A DNA stretch of 64,000 nucleotides, from contig CAWDXE010000001.1 of the NCBI GenBank assembly GCA_963806185.1, positions 800,001 to 864,000 of the forward strand, given 5' to 3'. Position 1 is the first letter of the stretch. The number at the start of each line of letters is the position of its first letter. A program made the translations under genes and the position numbers. The stretch is from an uncultured candidate division Zixibacteria bacterium. GTDB lineage: Bacteria; Zixibacteria; MSB-5A5; GN15; FEB-12. Below, one piece after another: positions 1 to 9,983 of this stretch. The notes below the pieces were generated by a model that saw only the letters and a program-made list of their open reading frames with translations, had not been told where the DNA came from and did no database searches.

Positions 1-330
1 ACCTCGTCATCCTGAATCATCCTCTCCCCCCTCGTCATCCTGAACCTTTTCTTAAAGGTTCAGGACCTCAGTGTCCACCGCTCTCTCGATCACGCCATTA
101 CAAGGCTCGCTTCTTAGCGGGCCGTGGCAATCTCGAACCTCCCGTATTTCAATGATTGATCATCTACGCACAACAATTGCCGTGCCGGAATCACCGGGCT
201 GAGCGGAAACGAAGCCTGAATATTCCCTCTGACGTTCGCCCTGCTCTTCTCTTCCCCCTCTCCCTTCAGGGAGAAGGTTGGGGTGAGGGCCCGTAGGGCA
301 GCTGTTTCGTCGCACTTCGACTTCGCTCTG
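1..330 (+). repeat. Mosaic palindromic repeat cluster 1 (GTCATCCTGAA, GTCATTGCGAGG-like, CCCTCTCCC and GCACTTCGACTTCGCTC elements)
   Basis: Hairpins at 33-69, 94-134 and 254-289 match elements repeated in other intergenic gaps of the window. Confidence 0.85.
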
Positions 331-435
331 GATAAACGTCGTCGAACCCCGGTCGTCCCCGTTACCAATAAGAATGGCGCCCTCAGAATTCACTCTGAAC
401 GGCGCCGTGATCATTTTCCTATGTTCGCCGGCTTC

Positions 436-828
436 TCAGTCTTCCCCCACCGCCTCTGCGTAATCCAGGTATTCACCCGCCTGCTTATTCCGGTTCTCCA
501 GCATCTCCAGATACAAGCGCCGCAACGGTGCAAAGTGGCACGTTTGACCGCAGGCCGTCTCGTCACTCAGGATGAAGCAATGTCCCGGACAGCGGGGCGA
601 GTTGTGAAGCGTCTGATCGGGTACGGCTTCTGAGACCAACTGCAGCAGCTCTTCGGCAGGTATTTTGAAAGCCGAGAGGCATGACGGATCTGTATGAAAG
701 AAATAGAAATGCAGACGCTGACTATTTTCGTCAAATTGCAGCCCCAGCGGCTCGAGACTGGTATCGGTCAGCAGTTCACGAACCGTGAACCAGACCTGGC
801 AAGCGGTGCATTGGGAAAATGGGCGCAT
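436..828 (-). CDS. Hypothetical Cys/His-rich protein, possible metal binder
   Basis: 130-aa ORF with CTAC, HxxxxC, CPGHC and CGQTC motifs; GAGG RBS upstream. Confidence 0.6.
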   Translation of the reverse strand: MRPFSQCTACQVWFTVRELLTDTSLEPLGLQFDENSQRLHFYFFHTDPSCLSAFKIPAEELLQLVSEAVPDQTLHNSPRCPGHCFILSDETACGQTCHFAPLRRLYLEMLENRNKQAGEYLDYAEAVGED

Positions 829-969
829 CTGGTATCCTCAGCTTCGTCGTCAAATGATCATGCTCTTTCTATCGGCGATCATCATGACGATTCCAAGAAT
901 TATCTCGCGTCGTCCTTCAGTCTGTTCAGCCCTTTATCAGACGGATGAAACGGTATTGACGCCGACCAA

Positions 970-999
970 TAAAAAACCCGCCGATGTTTCGGCGGGTTG
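970..999 (-). terminator. Intrinsic terminator after rplS
   Basis: AACCCGCCGA/TCGGCGGGTT stem with a T-run on the minus strand. Confidence 0.75.
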
Positions 1000-1022
1000 A
1001 TGGCAAAATGCCAAAAAAATGA

Positions 1023-1411
1023 CTATTCCTTTTCCTTCTTCGCGGCTTCCGCCCCCGATCCGTCGACCAGCAGCTGCTCGCGAATACGAGCCGATTTGCC
1101 CGGTCAGTGAACGCAGGTAGTAGAGCTTGCCGCGACGGACCTGGCCGGCGCGAATCCGTTCGATCTTCGCGATATTCGGCGACCAGAGCGGGAAGACGCG
1201 TTCCACGCCGATCCCGGACGAAATCTTGCGTACCGTAAACGTCGCGCCGTTACCGCCGCCCCGTTTGCCGATCACCGTACCCTGGAACACCTGGATGCGT
1301 TCTTTGTCACCCTCTTTGATTCGGACGTGCACGCTGAATGGTATCCCCCGGGTTAAATTCCGGGTAATCGTCGCGCACGACCAATTTATCGATCTGGGCT
1401 ATCTGTTTCAC
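1023..1411 (-). CDS. rplS: 50S ribosomal protein L19 (frameshifts in assembly)
   Basis: [44 protein letters not shown] start at 1411, TAG at 1023; follows trmD. Confidence 0.95.
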
Positions 1412-1414
1412 GAC

Positions 1415-2203
1415 TTACTTTCCTTTCTCTGATATTGTCAAATTCTCTTTTTTCACTTCGTCTATCACTCGCAACTCTCGTCCGACAGATCGGCTCTCTC
1501 CAGCAAGATCCGGCCGGTGGCTCAGGCACTTCCGGATCGCCTCCTTGGTCCGCCATTTGTCGATCTCGGCATGGTTGCCGGACATCAGCGCTTCCGGTAC
1601 CGGATATCCCCGGTATTCGGGCGGCCTCGTGTAGCACGGTGAGCCGAGCATCTGATTCATGTACGAATCTTCCAGCGCCGATTCGAAATTCCCGAGCACT
1701 TTCGGGATCAGTCGCGCCACCGCGTCGACCATCACCGCCGCCGCCGGCTCACCGCCGGTCAGGATGTAGTCACCGATGGAAACTTCGTCGAGTTCGTACA
1801 GGTCGACGAGCCGTTCATCGATGCCCAGATAGTGACCGCAGATGATGGTCACGCGGTCGCACAGCGAAAGCTCGATCGCCAGCGCCTGCGTAAACGGCTT
1901 CCCCGCCGCCGAGGTCAGGATCAATCGCTCTTTCGTTCGATCGAATCCGCCGTCGGCCTTTCGCCGCCAGCCGAGGTTCTCGAGGCAGAGGTCGAGCGGC
2001 TCGAGTTTCATGACCATTCCGCCGCCGCCGCCGAAGGGATTGTCATCGACCGTGTGATGCTTGTCGGTCGCGAAATCCCGAGGGTTGCGAATGCTGATGT
2101 CAAAGAGCCCCTTTTCCTGCGCTTTGCCCACCAGCGACTGTTTCATCGACAGGCTGAAGTAGTCCGGGAAAAGCGTGATTATCTCAAAGCGCATGGCCAC
2201 CAC
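1415..2203 (-). CDS. trmD: tRNA (guanine-N1)-methyltransferase
   Basis: ITLFP, VDDNPFGGGGGMVM, SIGDYILTGGE, YTRP motifs. Confidence 0.97.
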   Translation of the reverse strand: MVAMRFEIITLFPDYFSLSMKQSLVGKAQEKGLFDISIRNPRDFATDKHHTVDDNPFGGGGGMVMKLEPLDLCLENLGWRRKADGGFDRTKERLILTSAAGKPFTQALAIELSLCDRVTIICGHYLGIDERLVDLYELDEVSIGDYILTGGEPAAAVMVDAVARLIPKVLGNFESALEDSYMNQMLGSPCYTRPPEYRGYPVPEALMSGNHAEIDKWRTKEAIRKCLSHRPDLAGESRSVGRELRVIDEVKKENLTISEKGK

Positions 2204-2207
2204 GACC

Positions 2208-2754
2208 TCATCCCAGATCGCCGATCGCGCGCCAGACTACCCTGATCCGCTTGGCCGCCATGTCAATTTGCTTCACAAAATCCTTCACCGCCGGAAAGAG
2301 CACCTCGCCGCCCGATGTACGTGCGTGATCGACGTACACATCGTTGGCCGGATACTGGTGCACATCGGTCAACTGTGCCGACGGCGTTCGCCGTTCGCTT
2401 CATCGATCACCTCGCAGCCGACCAGATCGAAGACGTAGTGGCTGTCGTCGGGCGGCGGCGTCACCAGCTCTCCGCGGGACGCGAGTTCACGGTTGGTAAG
2501 CGGGCGGCCTCCTCCGGCGTGTTGATCGCTGCCAGCTTCAACACCGGCCGTCCGCCGATCATGCGGGCGAGCTCGATCTTCGAACGTTGCCAGTCGTCGC
2601 GCGATCGCCCGTCGTGGCGGACGCAACGTAAACCTCTTTCAGCGCCAGAAAGCGCTCACTGTTGTTCGAGACGGGCGTGACCCAGAGTTCGCCGCGCACG
2701 CCGCGTGCCCGGCCGAGTTTGCCGATCGTGACATACATCTGCGTTCGCCGTCAC
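2208..2754 (-). CDS. rimM: 16S rRNA processing protein RimM (frameshifts in assembly)
   Basis: Fragments IGKLGRARGVRGELWV and YVFDLVGCEVID; position between khpA and trmD. Confidence 0.85.
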
Positions 2755-2986
2755 CTACTCCAGAATCTCGAGTACTGCTCGTTTTCCCTGGCGTGCCGAC
2801 ATGGCCGCCAGCAAGCGTGCGAATTGCTTTCGCGGTCTGCCCGTTCTTCCCGATCACTTTTCCCAGGTCTCCCTGACCGACTCGCAGTTCATACACTGTC
2901 GTGCGAACACCGATCACTTCCTCTACCGAGATTTGATCCGGATGATCCACCAGAGGCCTGACGATGTATTCGATGAACTCTTTCAT
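2755..2986 (-). CDS. khpA: KH-domain RNA-binding protein
   Basis: MKEFIEYIVRPLVDHPD...DLGKVIGKNGQTAKAIRTL; canonical rpsP-khpA-rimM order; 3' frameshift. Confidence 0.92.
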
Positions 2987-3096
2987 GACTGCTGTCCTTT
3001 CGCGTCATCACAGGCGTCGTATTCCGAATCAGTTCTTTTTCCGGTTCTTAGTCCAGTCCTCGAACCCGCTCGGCGTAGTGTGCATTCGGCCGATCG

Positions 3097-3471
3097 TTAC
3101 TGAGCCGGCGTCTCGCTCGGGGCCATCGTCGCCTTCTTCATCTTGCGCGTCTTCTTCTTCCGTTCCTTGATGTTCGGCTTCAGCGCGATGGCCGAAACAT
3201 CTTCACCCTTCTTCGCCCGCATGTACTTTTCCGTGAAGCCGATCTGCGTCAGCAGGGTGCCGACGGTGTCGCTCGGCACGGCACCCTGGTCCAACCACTT
3301 GGTCACCAGGGCCTCTTCCACCTTCACTGCCGCCGGTTTCTCAATCGGGCTGTAGGTCCCGACGATTTCGAGAAAGCGGCCGTCACGCGAACGACGCGAA
3401 TCAGCGGCCACGATCCGGTAGTACGGGCGCTTCGTCGCCCCCATCCGTTTGAGTCTCAAATGAACTGCCAA
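3097..3471 (-). CDS. rpsP: 30S ribosomal protein S16
   Basis: [11 protein letters not shown]...[23 protein letters not shown]. Confidence 0.97.
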   Translation of the reverse strand: MAVHLRLKRMGATKRPYYRIVAADSRRSRDGRFLEIVGTYSPIEKPAAVKVEEALVTKWLDQGAVPSDTVGTLLTQIGFTEKYMRAKKGEDVSAIALKPNIKERKKKTRKMKKATMAPSETPAQ

Positions 3472-3487
3472 TGAATCCTCTCCTTAC

Positions 3488-4822
3488 TCACCCGGGAAAG
3501 CGAAATGACCCAAGTCCTTTGGCCATCCCAGGGAGCTTCTTTTTGCCTATTGAACTAAACATTTTTTGCATTGCCGAAAACTGCTTGAGCAGTTGATTGA
3601 CCGCCTGCACTGAGTTGCCCGACCCCAGCGCAATCCGCTTCTTGCGCGAACCGTCGATCATGTGCGGGTGGCGGCGCTCTTCGACTGTCATCGACTTGAT
3701 GATCGCGGTCATCCGCTCCACCTCGCGCTCATCGACTTTCATCCCCTTGAGCTGCTTGCCGACGCCGGGAATCATGCCCAGTAACGCTTCGAGCGGTCCC
3801 ATCTTTTTGATCTGATTCATCTGATCCAGGAAGTCCTCGAAGTCGAACTGCGCCTTGAGCAGCTTCTCCTGCATCTTTTGCGCCTTCTGGACATCGATTG
3901 ACTCCTGCGCCTTCTCGACGAGCGTCACAATATCGCCCATGCCGAGAATGCGCGAGGCCATCCGGTCCGGATGGAACGGCTCCAGATCCGTCAGTTTCTC
4001 ACCGACCGAGGCCAGCTTGATCGGGCAGCCGGTGACCTGACGAATCGAGAGGGCCGCACCACCACGGGCGTCACCGTCGAGCTTGGACAGCGCTACGCCG
4101 GTAATCTTCAGCCGCTGGTGGAATGTCTCGGCCACCTTGACCGCATCCTGTCCGGTCATGGCGTCGGCCACCAGCAGCATCTCGTCCGGTTTGACCAGCG
4201 CCTGGATCTCTTCCAGCTCCTGCATCAGATCGTCGTCGATATGCAGCCGTCCGGCCGTGTCGAGAATGACCAGATCGATGAAGTTCTTCGAGGCGTACTT
4301 GACCGCTTCGTTGCAGATCACCTGCGGCTTCTTGCCCTCGACGTAGAAATGCTCCACACCGATCTGGTCCGCCAACACTTTGAGCTGTTTGACGGCTGCC
4401 GGACGATAGATGTCCGCCGCTACCAGCAGCGGTTTCTTGTTCTTTCTCTTCGCCTGCAGCGCCATCTTGCCGCACAGGGTCGTCTTGCCGGACCCCTGCA
4501 GGCCGCAGACCATGTAGACGGTCGGCATCTTGTCGATCGGCGCTAGCGGTTCACCCTTGGTGCCGAGCAACGTGACCAATTCGTCGTGCACGATCTTGAC
4601 AATCAACTGCCCCGGATCGATCGACTGGAGAACCTCCGTGCCCACCGCCTTTTCTTCGACCGCCTTGCAAAAATCGCGCGCGACTTTATAATTGACGTCC
4701 GCTTCAAGCAGCGCCTGGCGCACCTCGCGCATCGAATCGCGTATGTTGGCATCACTCAACTTCCCGCGACCGCGCAGCTTCTTGAATACCGACTCAAGTT
4801 TGTCAGACAGATTCGAAAACAT
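3488..4822 (-). CDS. ffh: Signal recognition particle protein
   Basis: GLQGSGKTT, DTAGR, KLDGDARGGAALS, FHPDRMASRILGMGD, M domain. Confidence 0.98.
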   Translation of the reverse strand: MFSNLSDKLESVFKKLRGRGKLSDANIRDSMREVRQALLEADVNYKVARDFCKAVEEKAVGTEVLQSIDPGQLIVKIVHDELVTLLGTKGEPLAPIDKMPTVYMVCGLQGSGKTTLCGKMALQAKRKNKKPLLVAADIYRPAAVKQLKVLADQIGVEHFYVEGKKPQVICNEAVKYASKNFIDLVILDTAGRLHIDDDLMQELEEIQALVKPDEMLLVADAMTGQDAVKVAETFHQRLKITGVALSKLDGDARGGAALSIRQVTGCPIKLASVGEKLTDLEPFHPDRMASRILGMGDIVTLVEKAQESIDVQKAQKMQEKLLKAQFDFEDFLDQMNQIKKMGPLEALLGMIPGVGKQLKGMKVDEREVERMTAIIKSMTVEERRHPHMIDGSRKKRIALGSGNSVQAVNQLLKQFSAMQKMFSSIGKKKLPGMAKGLGSFRFPG

Positions 4823-4926
4823 AACTCTCTAATAGGTAAATTGTCACCGGCCAGTCGACCACTAGATCAACCCCAAGACAATACTAACCCTCTTGGCGAC
4901 AGGATTTCCCGGAGCCAAAGCCCAGT

Positions 4927-4954
4927 AATATATCACTTTACCCCCGTCTGGCAA
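4927..4954 (-). promoter_or_regulatory. Putative sigma70 promoter of the ffh operon
   Basis: TTGCCA-N16-TATATT with TG extension on the minus strand. Confidence 0.6.
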
Positions 4955-5078
4955 GGGGTTCGGTCGAATAACCTCGTCAGCCTATCCGTAGATTATTGCT
5001 GTTAACGTATTGATTGGCAATTGGTTGGAGTATTCGTAGATTAATCTCGATTCGACGAGCCCCAAGACCAGACCGAAA

Positions 5079-5960
5079 TCACTGTCTGCCAGTTAAATAC
5101 TGGCCCAGCCATCGCTTCCGCTCAACATCAATTCGCTTGTAGGAACCGTCTTTGAGCGCCACATGACCGCCCCCATCAACAACGACCAGCTCGTACGGCA
5201 CACCCACAACCGCAAATTCCGCTGAAAGATTCACTGATTGCTCGATCGGAATGGTTCGGTCAGCCGACCCATGCAGCAGCAGAATGGGAACGGTTTTGGG
5301 CAACTGCGATGCAAAGTAGAGTGCCGATATCCGATACAATTCGGCCTGCTTCTCCGGGTCGCTTAGATGTGCGTACTTCGTGTCGATGAACCGGCACCAG
5401 TCCCGTTTGGCTTCACAGAGCGAAGCGACGTCTGACAACCCTGCATGCACAATCGCGCATCGAAAACGCTGATCGAGCAGTAATGCCCGGTACGTTGTCA
5501 TCCCGCCGCGACTCGCCCCTTCTATGCCGATTCGCGACATATCGCAATACGAAAGCTCCTCGACCGCAGCCAACAGGTTGAGCGCGTCGTAGAGATCGCG
5601 GCCGCCGAAATCATCTTCCCCTTCGCTCCCCATGTTGCCGCGGTATTGCGTACCGATCACCACATACCCCCACGCCGCCGTCGACGCAAGAATCAAGTAG
5701 GCAGTCAGGTCGGTCAAGGCACCACGATCCCCAAAGCCGCCTCGGTTCCACAGAAGCACAGGGTACTGCCCCTCTGCCCTTGGTCGAGCGATGTACCCAT
5801 TGACCCGCAGGTCCTCCGAGAGATATGTCACCCGTTCGACTGTCGTATCAGGCACAACCGACCGGTCGTACAGCTTCTCGACCATCCCGGTCTGCACCCG
5901 ATTCAGCACCACCGAGCGCGAGGCAACTATCTTTCCACTGGCGTGGTACGCGTCGTTCAC
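5079..5960 (-). CDS. S9-family alpha/beta hydrolase (prolyl oligopeptidase-like)
   Basis: GASRGG nucleophile elbow, LLHGSAD, GGH. Confidence 0.85.
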   Translation of the reverse strand: MNDAYHASGKIVASRSVVLNRVQTGMVEKLYDRSVVPDTTVERVTYLSEDLRVNGYIARPRAEGQYPVLLWNRGGFGDRGALTDLTAYLILASTAAWGYVVIGTQYRGNMGSEGEDDFGGRDLYDALNLLAAVEELSYCDMSRIGIEGASRGGMTTYRALLLDQRFRCAIVHAGLSDVASLCEAKRDWCRFIDTKYAHLSDPEKQAELYRISALYFASQLPKTVPILLLHGSADRTIPIEQSVNLSAEFAVVGVPYELVVVDGGGHVALKDGSYKRIDVERKRWLGQYLTGRQ

Positions 5961-6376
5961 TTCAATCTGCCCGCCTGGTGAGCGAAGCTGCGCACCGTCA
6001 TTGCCGTATAGGAGTGCATCCCGAATCGCTTATAGAACGCTTCGAGGTTGGGATCACACACCAGATCGATCATGTAGTATCCATCGAGACGAGCCATCAT
6101 CCTGCGAACCAGCTCGGCGCCAATTCCCCGATGTTGATAAGCAGGCAGTACCTCGAGTAGCGGCAGATAGGCAACCAGCACGCCGTCGGAAATGGCATTT
6201 ACGAATCCGACCACGCAGCCGCTCGTCTCATCGATGGCCAACTCCACATGACTGCTTCCTTGAAGAATTTGTAGATGCGTCTCTGTTGTCGGCGGGTTCG
6301 GCCAACCGACAAAGAAGCCGCCTAGCTTGCCGGGCGTGATCCCCTCGATCGAATTGGCATAATGAATCCCGGACAT
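5957..6376 (-). CDS. GNAT N-acetyltransferase
   Basis: VLPAYQHRGIG acetyl-CoA motif, FYKRFG. Confidence 0.88.
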   Translation of the reverse strand: MSGIHYANSIEGITPGKLGGFFVGWPNPPTTETHLQILQGSSHVELAIDETSGCVVGFVNAISDGVLVAYLPLLEVLPAYQHRGIGAELVRRMMARLDGYYMIDLVCDPNLEAFYKRFGMHSYTAMTVRSFAHQAGRLK

Positions 6377-6435
6377 AGACTGCTTTTACCTTTGCATCAA
6401 TGAAAACGGCCCGGCGTGGGCCGAGCCGATCTCGT

Positions 6436-7236
6436 TTACGATTTGCTCACCACCAGATTCACCGGAGTTCCGACATCCAGTTCGGTTCCTTCCGGTTCTG
6501 ATTGCTCCAGTACCGTCTCCGGCAGGTAATCCTCGTTCTTGCGATACTTGATTTCACCAACAGTCAGCGATTTCTCCATGAGCCGCTTCTTCGCCTGGTC
6601 CAGAGTGATGCCGATCAGTTCCGGTACGTAGGTGAAACTCGACGCTCGCCCCCGGTTTACCATCAGGTTGACATGGCCCCCCATCGAAATCTCCGTTCCG
6701 GCAGACGGATACGAAAAAACGACCACCCGTTCGGGGATCGTATCGGAAAACGCCCAGGCGATCTCCCCCACTTTCAGTCCGACTGTCTCCAGATCGAGCA
6801 TGGCTTGACGGACCGACTTGCCCGCCACATTCGGCACCGCAATGAACTTCTCGCCCAGGGAGATGATCACCTTTACTGCTCGACCCGATTTTACCTTTGT
6901 ACCCGCCTTCGGGTATTGATCCAGAATCTTCCCAGCCTCTTTGCCTGGGGCGTACTCCTCCGAGGCTATCTCATGCGTGAGGCCAAGATCTTGTAGCAGC
7001 AGGTCGGCATCGACCAGATTCCTGTCCTTGAGGTCGGGCAACGCAAATTCCGTTCCCTGTCGCGTCACCACTGGCATGATGATCTTGTCAAAAATCCCAG
7101 CGAGAATCATGAGGATAATCAGCGGGATGCCGAAGCCAAAGACCAGCTTCCGTTTAAGCGAGCCGGGCGGTAACGGCTTGGCCAGAAACCGATCCCAGCG
7201 CGACGAGGATAACCTTGAGGCGCGCGGTGCGTTCAT
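6436..7236 (-). CDS. PASTA-domain membrane protein (three PASTA repeats)
   Basis: N-terminal TM helix; LPDL/VPNV/VPEL...Q.P..G repeats. Confidence 0.88.
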   Translation of the reverse strand: MNAPRASRLSSSRWDRFLAKPLPPGSLKRKLVFGFGIPLIILMILAGIFDKIIMPVVTRQGTEFALPDLKDRNLVDADLLLQDLGLTHEIASEEYAPGKEAGKILDQYPKAGTKVKSGRAVKVIISLGEKFIAVPNVAGKSVRQAMLDLETVGLKVGEIAWAFSDTIPERVVVFSYPSAGTEISMGGHVNLMVNRGRASSFTYVPELIGITLDQAKKRLMEKSLTVGEIKYRKNEDYLPETVLEQSEPEGTELDVGTPVNLVVSKS

Positions 7237-7282
7237 GGCCTGTTCCAGTGTGACAAGTTACCCATCTCCTCTAACCAAGGAT

Positions 7283-7312
7283 GTGCGGTCAGGCTCCCGC
7301 GCCTGACCGCAC
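7283..7312. repeat. Isolated perfect hairpin related to the GTAGGTCAGG REP family
   Basis: GTGCGGTCAGGC-TCCCGC-GCCTGACCGCAC. Confidence 0.55.
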
Positions 7313-7477
7313 TCTGACTGCTCATACGGTCACAAGTTTGTAGCTTTTGCTCCCCGACGCAACAACAAATGGGCTCGTTTCAGTGCCCCTGGTCAGGGTA
7401 TGATAAAGTGATATTGCCCGGAATTCCGTGCGCGAAAATCGGTAGACTCCCTTTTCCGTGCCTACTACCTTTAGACC

Positions 7478-8020
7478 ATGATATTGACCTACGATGAAAT
7501 GGCCGGCGCTATGCGCCGCAAAGATCACGAGTACAATGGTCGGTTTTACGTCGGCGTACTTTCGACCGGGATCTACTGCCTTCCCACCTGCCGGGCTCGT
7601 TCACCTCTGCTCAAGAACGTTCGCTTTTTCTTCACGCGCGAGGAAGCCATAGCGGCCGGATTGCGGGGCTGCAAACGGTGTCACGCTGAACGGTATCCAG
7701 ACACACTCCCCGAATGGCTGCCGATACTTCTGCGCCACCTGGCCGATCATCGTAACGAACGTCTGACCGAAAACGATCTGGTCGCCATCTCTGGCGTCAC
7801 AATATCCACTGTCCGCCGCTACTTCCACACTCATTTGCGTACCACGCCGCTTGCCTTTCATCGGCGGCTTCGCCTCGAATATGCCGGAGAACTACTGACC
7901 TCCGGCTGCGGCTATCTGGCTGCCGCCTATGAGTGCGGCTACGAATCACCGTCGGCGTTTCGCGACGCGTTCATGCGCCATTTCGGCAAGACACCAAGTG
8001 CGTATGTCGAACAGCGGTAA
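7478..8020 (+). CDS. adaA: AdaA-like methylphosphotriester methyltransferase / AraC regulator
   Basis: TGIYCLPTC..GCKRC zinc site followed by AraC HTH. Confidence 0.88.
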   Translation: MILTYDEMAGAMRRKDHEYNGRFYVGVLSTGIYCLPTCRARSPLLKNVRFFFTREEAIAAGLRGCKRCHAERYPDTLPEWLPILLRHLADHRNERLTENDLVAISGVTISTVRRYFHTHLRTTPLAFHRRLRLEYAGELLTSGCGYLAAAYECGYESPSAFRDAFMRHFGKTPSAYVEQR

Positions 8021-8031
8021 GGAAGGAACTG

Positions 8032-8589
8032 ATGTCACAAATAGTTTATCTGAATCTTGACAGCCCGCTCGGCCCGATGATCGCCGGCGCCTCGGAACTC
8101 GGCCTTTGCTTTCTGGAATGGCACGATCGCGGCGGCGTGGAACGCATCCTGGCGCGCGTTGAAAAGCGCTACAAAGTCACGGTCGTACCGGGCACCAATC
8201 CCCATCTCGCTCAATTGCGCAAGGAACTGGGTGAGTACTTCGCCGGTGATCGCCGCGAATTCACCATCCCCCTGCACATTGCCGGAACACCATTCGAACA
8301 GCGCGACTGGCAGGAACTTCTCGCTATCCCCTACGGTCAGACTCGATCATACGGCGAAATGGCCACTCTCCTGAACGTCCCCGGTGGCGCACGAGCCGTG
8401 GGTCGCGCCAATGGCGCCAATTACATTGGCATCGTCATTCCCTGCCACCGCGTTATCGAATCCACCGGTAAACTGCGCGGCTACGGCGGCGGCCTCTGGA
8501 GAAAACAGTGGCTCCTCGATCTCGAACGAGGCGTCACCCCGGAAATCCAGCCGTCACAACAGGTCCTGTCGTTTTCGTCCGGGAAGTAG
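8032..8589 (+). CDS. ogt: Methylated-DNA-protein cysteine methyltransferase
   Basis: IPYGQTRSY, RAVGRANGAN, PCHRV active site. Confidence 0.93.
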   Translation: MSQIVYLNLDSPLGPMIAGASELGLCFLEWHDRGGVERILARVEKRYKVTVVPGTNPHLAQLRKELGEYFAGDRREFTIPLHIAGTPFEQRDWQELLAIPYGQTRSYGEMATLLNVPGGARAVGRANGANYIGIVIPCHRVIESTGKLRGYGGGLWRKQWLLDLERGVTPEIQPSQQVLSFSSGK

Positions 8590-8609
8590 ATTGAGAGTGG
8601 AAATACAGC

Positions 8610-9977
8610 TCAAGTGTTGAGCTTGCGGCGCAGACGGGCGCAGAAAGCGCCGTCGAGCCCTTCGAAATAGGGATACGTCTTCACGAATCCGCGGTCATTC
8701 ACCAGTTCCTTGTCAATGATCTGCGCTGCCGATTCGACTTCAAACCGATTATTCCGCAGGAGAAACTCCTCAACTATCTGGTCATTCTCCGCCCGCATTA
8801 TGGTACAGGTCGAATACACCAGTACGCCTCCCGGTTTCACCAGTTTGGCCGCCCGGTCGATCATCTTCTCCTGAATGTGCGTCAGCGTGTCAACGTCCTT
8901 CTGCGTCTTGGCCCAGCGCAAGTCGGCGTTTTTTGACGCTGTCCCCCAGCCGGAGCAGGGTGGATCAAGAAGCACCCGTTCAAACGGCCCCGCCTTGAAT
9001 TCGGCCATGTCGCTCACCACCGGTGAAATGATCTTGATACCCAGTCGCTTGGCATTCTCCGTGAGTACGCTGAGCCGGCCGTGGGACTTGTCGATTGCCG
9101 TTACCCGCCCCTTATTACGCATCCGAATTGCCGCGTAGGTCGCCTTCCCGCCGGGAGCAGCAGTCAGATCGATTACCTCGTCGCCCGGTTTCGGATTGAG
9201 GACACGCACGGGAATGCCCGCCGACTCGTCCTGAACAAATACTTTCCCGGTCTGCACCAATTCCGCATCGAGTGGCAGTCCGCCCCCTTCGATATGCAGA
9301 AATTCGGGAAGGTACTTTCCCGGCCGAAATTCAATCCCCGCTTCGGTGAGCGCCTGCATCACTTCTTCCGGCTTTGCCTTAAGGAAATTGACTCGATAGG
9401 TTACTTTGGGCGCCCGATTGTACGCCTGGAGGATAACCTCGGTCATTTCCTCTCCGAACTCGCGCACGCAGTAGTGAATGAAATAGTCGGGATACGAATA
9501 CGTATCACCCAGGAATCTCGTCAGGTCCTCCTCGCGTGAAATGAACTTCACTTTGTCCGGCTCGCGTAGTTTCGCCCGCATGACCGCGTTGACCAGCTTC
9601 GCTTGCGCCTGATCGGTGAAGTAACGGGCCAGATTGACCGCCTCCGACACTGCCGCCGGCGGAGGAACGCGATTCATGAAAAGAATCTGGTAAAACCCCA
9701 TGCGGAGAATGTTCGATATTTTGAGCGAGAGCTCCTGCGATGGACGGGCGAGGTAGAACTTCATCTCGTGATCGAGTCGCCGGCGCATCTTCGTCGTTCC
9801 ATTCACCAATTGCATCAGGAAACGAATATCGACCGGCCGTAATCGCTCGCGCGGCATCACTTCCCTGACAGCGACATCCGCCTGCTTTCCCTGCTGGATG
9901 AGGATCAACGCCTCCAGCGCCAGGGCGCGAACATGATCGTAGCGCTGTACTACTGCGCTGTTCACAGTGTCGGTCAT
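8610..9977 (-). CDS. rsmB: 16S rRNA m5C967 methyltransferase
   Basis: NusB-like N-terminus; VQD, AAPGGKA, DPPCSG, YSTCT. Confidence 0.95.
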   Translation of the reverse strand: MTDTVNSAVVQRYDHVRALALEALILIQQGKQADVAVREVMPRERLRPVDIRFLMQLVNGTTKMRRRLDHEMKFYLARPSQELSLKISNILRMGFYQILFMNRVPPPAAVSEAVNLARYFTDQAQAKLVNAVMRAKLREPDKVKFISREEDLTRFLGDTYSYPDYFIHYCVREFGEEMTEVILQAYNRAPKVTYRVNFLKAKPEEVMQALTEAGIEFRPGKYLPEFLHIEGGGLPLDAELVQTGKVFVQDESAGIPVRVLNPKPGDEVIDLTAAPGGKATYAAIRMRNKGRVTAIDKSHGRLSVLTENAKRLGIKIISPVVSDMAEFKAGPFERVLLDPPCSGWGTASKNADLRWAKTQKDVDTLTHIQEKMIDRAAKLVKPGGVLVYSTCTIMRAENDQIVEEFLLRNNRFEVESAAQIIDKELVNDRGFVKTYPYFEGLDGAFCARLRRKLNT

Positions 9978-9983
9978 CGGCTC

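Noticed and set aside
1023..2986. rplS, rimM, khpA (and clpC, mcsB, hppA, lysS) as pseudogenes or programmed frameshifts
   Set aside because: Essential or highly conserved genes with intact motifs on both sides of each break; clustered indels fit assembly error
4823..5078. SRP (4.5S) RNA next to ffh
   Set aside because: No CAGG..GNRA..AGCAG domain IV motif recognised
7478..8589. adaA-ogt pair as a novel system
   Set aside because: The split Ada arrangement is well known, for example Bacillus adaAB
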